Notes under the pieces: model-generated
What the model was told of the DNA's origin: nothing
Seen by the model: the letters and a program-made list of their open reading frames with translations, nothing else
Databases searched by the model: none
Part shown: positions 60,371 through 64,000 of the stretch, piece after piece
Layout of the letters: each line of letters starts with the position of its first letter
Position numbering within the stretch: the first letter of the stretch is position 1
NCBI GenBank assembly: GCA_965200495.1
Contig: CBDAUG010000001.1
Span: forward strand, 2,196,885-2,260,884
Source: Alphaproteobacteria bacterium
GTDB taxonomy: Bacteria > Pseudomonadota > Alphaproteobacteria > SP197
Length of the DNA: 64,000 bases
Reading direction: 5' to 3'
Translations under genes and position numbers: made by a program

Positions 60371-62522
60371 GCCCATCTTTAACATTGAGTGCAAAAAACG
60401 ATTGAGAATCAGTGGGGTAGGATTCGCAGTGGCACGACAAGTGGGATCGCGCGGCTCAGTGGCCGCTCGCCGGGCTCAGACGAGAGGCCCGCCTCACACG
60501 ATGGTCTTGCGGACGTTGCGCGGCGGCGGGGCGATGCCCATGGCTCAGATGATGACAGCCTGCTGGTCGTCGGGCAGCGCCGTCTTGCGCACGTGCAGGG
60601 TGTGTCCGTCCTGGCGGGTGAAGGTGGTGGTGGTGCGCTGCAGGGGCCTCAGGGCATGGCGTATGGTGGACCAGCTGTCTGACGCGCCGGCCCGCTTCAT
60701 GCGCGTGCGCAGGAGCTGCACGGCCTGGTAGGCGAGGACGGAGATGAAGAGGTGGCCGTCGGCGCGGCGCTGCTTGTGATGGAAGATGGGGCGCAGCCCG
60801 AGCTCGGACTTGAGCGAGCGGAACACGGCCTCGACGTCGGTGAGGGTGACCCAGGTACGCCACAGGGTCTCGGCGTCGAGATCGAGGATGTTGGTGCGCA
60901 GGCAGGAGACGCCCGGGTGGCTCATCATGGATCCCTCGGTCGGCTTCCATGTCCAGGAGATGGCGCGGGCCTTCTTTCCCTCGTCATCGGGAGTGACGGT
61001 GATCTCGCAGTGCCGGGCGACGCGGGCGTTGGCCTTTTCGAGGCGTCCGATGCGGCGCTGGATGTGGTCAAGGGCCTTGCGGGTCCTGGGCTTGGACAGC
61101 CCTTCGTCGAGCTTCTTCAGGCCCTCCTCGAAGCGCCGCTGGAAGCGCTCCAGGATGCCCCGTTCCCTGGCCTCGCGAGCCGTCGAGTGACAGCGCAGGA
61201 GAACCTCCCTGCAGGGCGTGCCATCCTCCTCCTGGCTGTCGACTTCGTCGGTGTCGACATCCACCGCCTGGCCGGACGCCGTCACCACCGTGGTGAGCTC
61301 CCGCGTGGCGTCAAACACCCGTGTGGTGTCGCGGGAGACGACGAGATAGCGGTAGCCCTCGCGGCGCAGCCAGGCGAGGTTGGCCTTCGTGGCGATGCCG
61401 CGATCCATGATGACCACGGCCCCCTGGGACGCCCCCAGGGAGGCCAGCATGGATTCCAGTGTCGCGGCCTCGGCAACGTTGCCGGCGAGGACGCTTGAGC
61501 GGCGGACAAAGCCCGAACCGTCGAGCACCAGACCCAGGGTCAACAGCGGCGCGTCCGTGCGCCTCTCCTTCGAGTGACCCCGCCTGGCCTTGGGCTGGCC
61601 TGAGACCTGGCCCTCGTAGAACGTGTTGGTGAGATCATAGAGCGTGACTGTCGGCTTGAGGCCGAAGAAGCTCTCCACCCTGCCGAAGAGATGGTTCTCG
61701 ATCTCTTCCTGGTGGGCGAGAAGACGGTCCGAAGCCCGGTAGAGCGCCATGGCGCTGACACGGGAGAAGTCGAAGCCCAGCATCTCGCCTGCGGCACTCG
61801 TCTGTCTCAGCCAGCGGTTGGTCTCGCGCTCCGATCCCGGGTGCGCCATGCGGGCGATGATGGAGCCCAGGGCACAGCAGCGCTGGCGCCGGTTGAAGCC
61901 CAACGCGTCAAGCAGAGCGGGAAGGCGCAGCATCTCCAGGGCCTGCCATGCGGCATGCTCGACGCCGATGGTGCGCCCGTCCATGTCGCAGGCGGACCCG
62001 ACATCGACGGTCTCCCAGTCCGCCCCGTCCGTCTCCCCGCCCTGACGCTCCAGCAGGCGCCCGGCGATGCGCCGGGCCTCGGCCTCGATCTCGGCAGGGA
62101 GAGGTTCCAGGGACAGCGTGGGCCGGCCCTTGATCAATTCCTCGATGCGTTGGCACAGAAGGGCCCAGTCGGCCTTGTCGATCGCGAAGTGGCGGCCGAG
62201 GTTGAGCAGGGTGATCTGGCGCACCTTGCCGCCCTCGCGGCGGGTCTCGACGAGGCGCTGCGAGAGGCGTGCGGAGCCGTCCCTTGCGGTGCCGGTCCTG
62301 GAGGCGCGGATGAACATGGGGTGACTGGAGGGCTTGGGAGGCGCGGCGCAAGGGGCTGACCAAAGAAAATGGCACGACAAAGGAGGTTCGGACACCGCCC
62401 CGGATCGGGCGACATGGATAACATAGTGTTATCACACGACATTGACACAACACCGTCAGAGCCACGAGGTGCAAAATATGCCAAATTAACCCCCTCGGCT
62501 GTGGAAAACGTTAAAGATGGAG
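60371..62522 (-). mobile_element. IS1634-family insertion sequence (~2.15 kb)
   Basis: Terminal inverted repeats GCCCATCTTTAACAT (60371–) and its partner ending CTCCATCTTTAACGT (–62522) share an 11-bp perfect core CCATCTTTAAC. Contains a single transposase ORF and an AT-rich 5' region. Confidence 0.7.
60545..62317 (-). CDS. IS1634-family (IS4 superfamily) DDE transposase
   Basis: MFIRASRTGTARDGSARLSQRLVETRREGGKVRQITLLNLG N-terminus. DDE domain (…LYDLTNTFYEG…VIMDRGIATKANLAWLRREGYRYLVV…). 590 aa after trimming to the conserved MFIR start. Confidence 0.85.
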   Translation of the reverse strand: MFIRASRTGTARDGSARLSQRLVETRREGGKVRQITLLNLGRHFAIDKADWALLCQRIEELIKGRPTLSLEPLPAEIEAEARRIAGRLLERQGGETDGADWETVDVGSACDMDGRTIGVEHAAWQALEMLRLPALLDALGFNRRQRCCALGSIIARMAHPGSERETNRWLRQTSAAGEMLGFDFSRVSAMALYRASDRLLAHQEEIENHLFGRVESFFGLKPTVTLYDLTNTFYEGQVSGQPKARRGHSKERRTDAPLLTLGLVLDGSGFVRRSSVLAGNVAEAATLESMLASLGASQGAVVIMDRGIATKANLAWLRREGYRYLVVSRDTTRVFDATRELTTVVTASGQAVDVDTDEVDSQEEDGTPCREVLLRCHSTAREARERGILERFQRRFEEGLKKLDEGLSKPRTRKALDHIQRRIGRLEKANARVARHCEITVTPDDEGKKARAISWTWKPTEGSMMSHPGVSCLRTNILDLDAETLWRTWVTLTDVEAVFRSLKSELGLRPIFHHKQRRADGHLFISVLAYQAVQLLRTRMKRAGASDSWSTIRHALRPLQRTTTTFTRQDGHTLHVRKTALPDDQQAVII

Positions 62523-62740
62523 CCTCTTGCAAAACTCCTGAGTTCGAGGTCCGCGAGGCTTGCCTGCGGGCCTTGGCCACGGCTGACGGTGTTCCCGGGG
62601 GCGAGATTCCGGCGATGTTCGGCACTGCGGCCGCGCCAATAAGAACAAAATGACACCATGCCAGGCGTCGGGACAAGCGTCTCCAGGCCGCCCCTTGCAC
62701 AAGGTGCGGCGCGGTCCCGACAGACCTGACGGGAGCCGCC

Positions 62741-63956
62741 CTACGGGACGGCGAGACGCATCACCTGATCGGCGGTCAGGGCGAGCAGGCCGACCATGAG
62801 GTGGCAGGCGACCTTGGCGGCTCCCCGGACACGGACATGGCGGCCTCCGCATTCATCCTTGAGACGGCCGTTGGTCCTCTCGACACCGCTGCGGGTGCGA
62901 AAGCGCACGCTTGCGGCATCGCCATGACAGGCCGCACGTCGTGCCCGCGCCTCGCGTTCAAGGTCGGCCTTGAGTTCCTTGTTCCGACGCGGATTGACAT
63001 CGATGATCGCTACGTGGCCAAGGCACATCGCTCATCGCGTGGATCTCCCTGGCGTCATAGGCGGCGTCCATGAGATCGTCGAGGTGCGTCACACGCCCGG
63101 CTGTCATCAGCGCGAGTGGGATCGCAACCTGGCTGTCATGGACACCACGCCGAGGTAAGAACGGCACTGACAGGCACGCCACAGTCTGCCGTGTCGATGT
63201 GCAGCTTGTAGCCTCGCCACGTCTCAATGAACCCCTTGGCGTTCCTCTTGCTTCCAACATCGCAGGCCTTCGGCAACTCGTCGAGCATGTCTTTCGAGGT
63301 TCATGCTGTCGGTCTGCCGCTCAAGACGGGTCGATTCCTTCACTCTTTCTTCGCCCTTGCGGGGACGGCCGCGCTTGCGCCTGGGCTTGTCGCCCGCCCG
63401 GGGCTTCGGCGCCGGCTTCTCCCGGCCCTCAATGGCCGTCGAATCCCGCGAGACATGACCGACAAGCTCGTCGCCCAGCGTCTCCTCGACCAGATGGCCG
63501 TGCATCCTCTCCGCAAGACGCGACCGCGAGAACGCGCCAAAGGCTAAGCGAGAACGTCGCCTCGCTCGGGATCTCCGCACACCGCGACCAGCCGCATAGC
63601 CGGCGCAGCGTCGCGTCCGTCTGCACCCTGTCGATCAGGTGGCGCGTCGTCGGCAGGTCCCACACGGCCTCAGGCATGAAAGCCCGGGCCAAGGCACATC
63701 GGTCTTCCCGGGGGCGACCCGGTGAGCCCCACGCCTGACCGGCAAAGCGCTCCACCCGAACCAGGTCGAGAACCGTCACGAAACGCTGGTGCCGTTCGAG
63801 AAGGGGGCCGACCTCCTCGGCCAGATCAGGGAACAGTTCTCCTTGAAATCGGTTCCACAAACCGGATATCGTCGCTGACAGGGACATCGGGTTGTCTCCA
63901 CGGGTACAGCAAGCGAGAGGAAGTGGACATTCGTCATGATCGGACCGCGAGAACAC
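62741..63956 (-). pseudogene. Degraded IS4/IS5-superfamily DDE transposase (DUF772 N-terminal domain); frameshifted, internally deleted and cut off by the window edge
   Basis: Four successive minus-strand frames carry: MSLSATISGLWNRFQGELFPDL…LPTTRHLIDRVQTDATLRRLCGW…PSEATFS (DUF772); GHVSRDSTAIEGREKPAPKP…KRGRPRKGE…RLERQ; HDSQVAIPLALMTAGRVTHLDDLMDAAYDAREI; LGHVAIIDVNPRR…RSGVERTNGRLKDECGGRHVRVRGAAKVACHLMVGLLALTADQVMRL. Confidence 0.6.
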
Positions 63957-64000
63957 CGTGCGGTGGCGAGGTGGCTGCGGCAGAACAGCAAACGACCCAC

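Noticed and set aside
1-64000. Search for tRNA/rRNA genes and CRISPR arrays
   Set aside because: No T-loop/anticodon-stem cloverleaf candidates, no rRNA-like conserved blocks, and no regularly spaced direct repeats were seen.

Overview
This is a 64 kb, high-GC (about 65%) chromosomal segment that looks alphaproteobacterial, judged from gene order and composition.

The centre (about 27.6–57 kb) is a conserved housekeeping core:
- yebC–ruvCAB–ybgC–tolQRAB–pal–cpoB–tilS–ftsH–folP–glmM
- cobB
- a tandem glycine riboswitch followed by gcvT-H-PA-PB
- the ATP synthase F0 operon atpI-B-E-F'-F on the minus strand
- an mttB-like methyltransferase, gph, glmU and glmS

The 5' third is accessory-like:
- a livHMGF-K-type ABC importer, with livM broken by a 29-bp tandem duplication
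- a LysR regulator
- an unusual membrane-anchored redoxin–cytochrome c–copper monooxygenase fusion, divergent from a TetR gene
- an agmatinase-family ureohydrolase
- a higBA toxin–antitoxin pair next to a DUF3800 remnant and about 1.7 kb of decayed DNA
- a putative amine-catabolism cluster: PotD-like binding protein, TetR, trimethylamine-dehydrogenase-family Fe-S flavoprotein, MBL hydrolase, DMT exporter, FAD amine oxidase, MFS, α/β-hydrolase and cupin. A 22-bp operator-like motif is conserved upstream of both operons in this cluster.

The 3' end (about 57–64 kb) is a mobile/defence island inserted into a class-I aminotransferase gene. It carries a winged-helix HTH gene, an Abi_2 (AbiD/F-like) abortive-infection gene and a frameshifted HEPN-domain gene. 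These are followed by an intact IS1634-family element and a decayed DDE transposase that runs off the window.

I found no rRNA, tRNA or CRISPR arrays.
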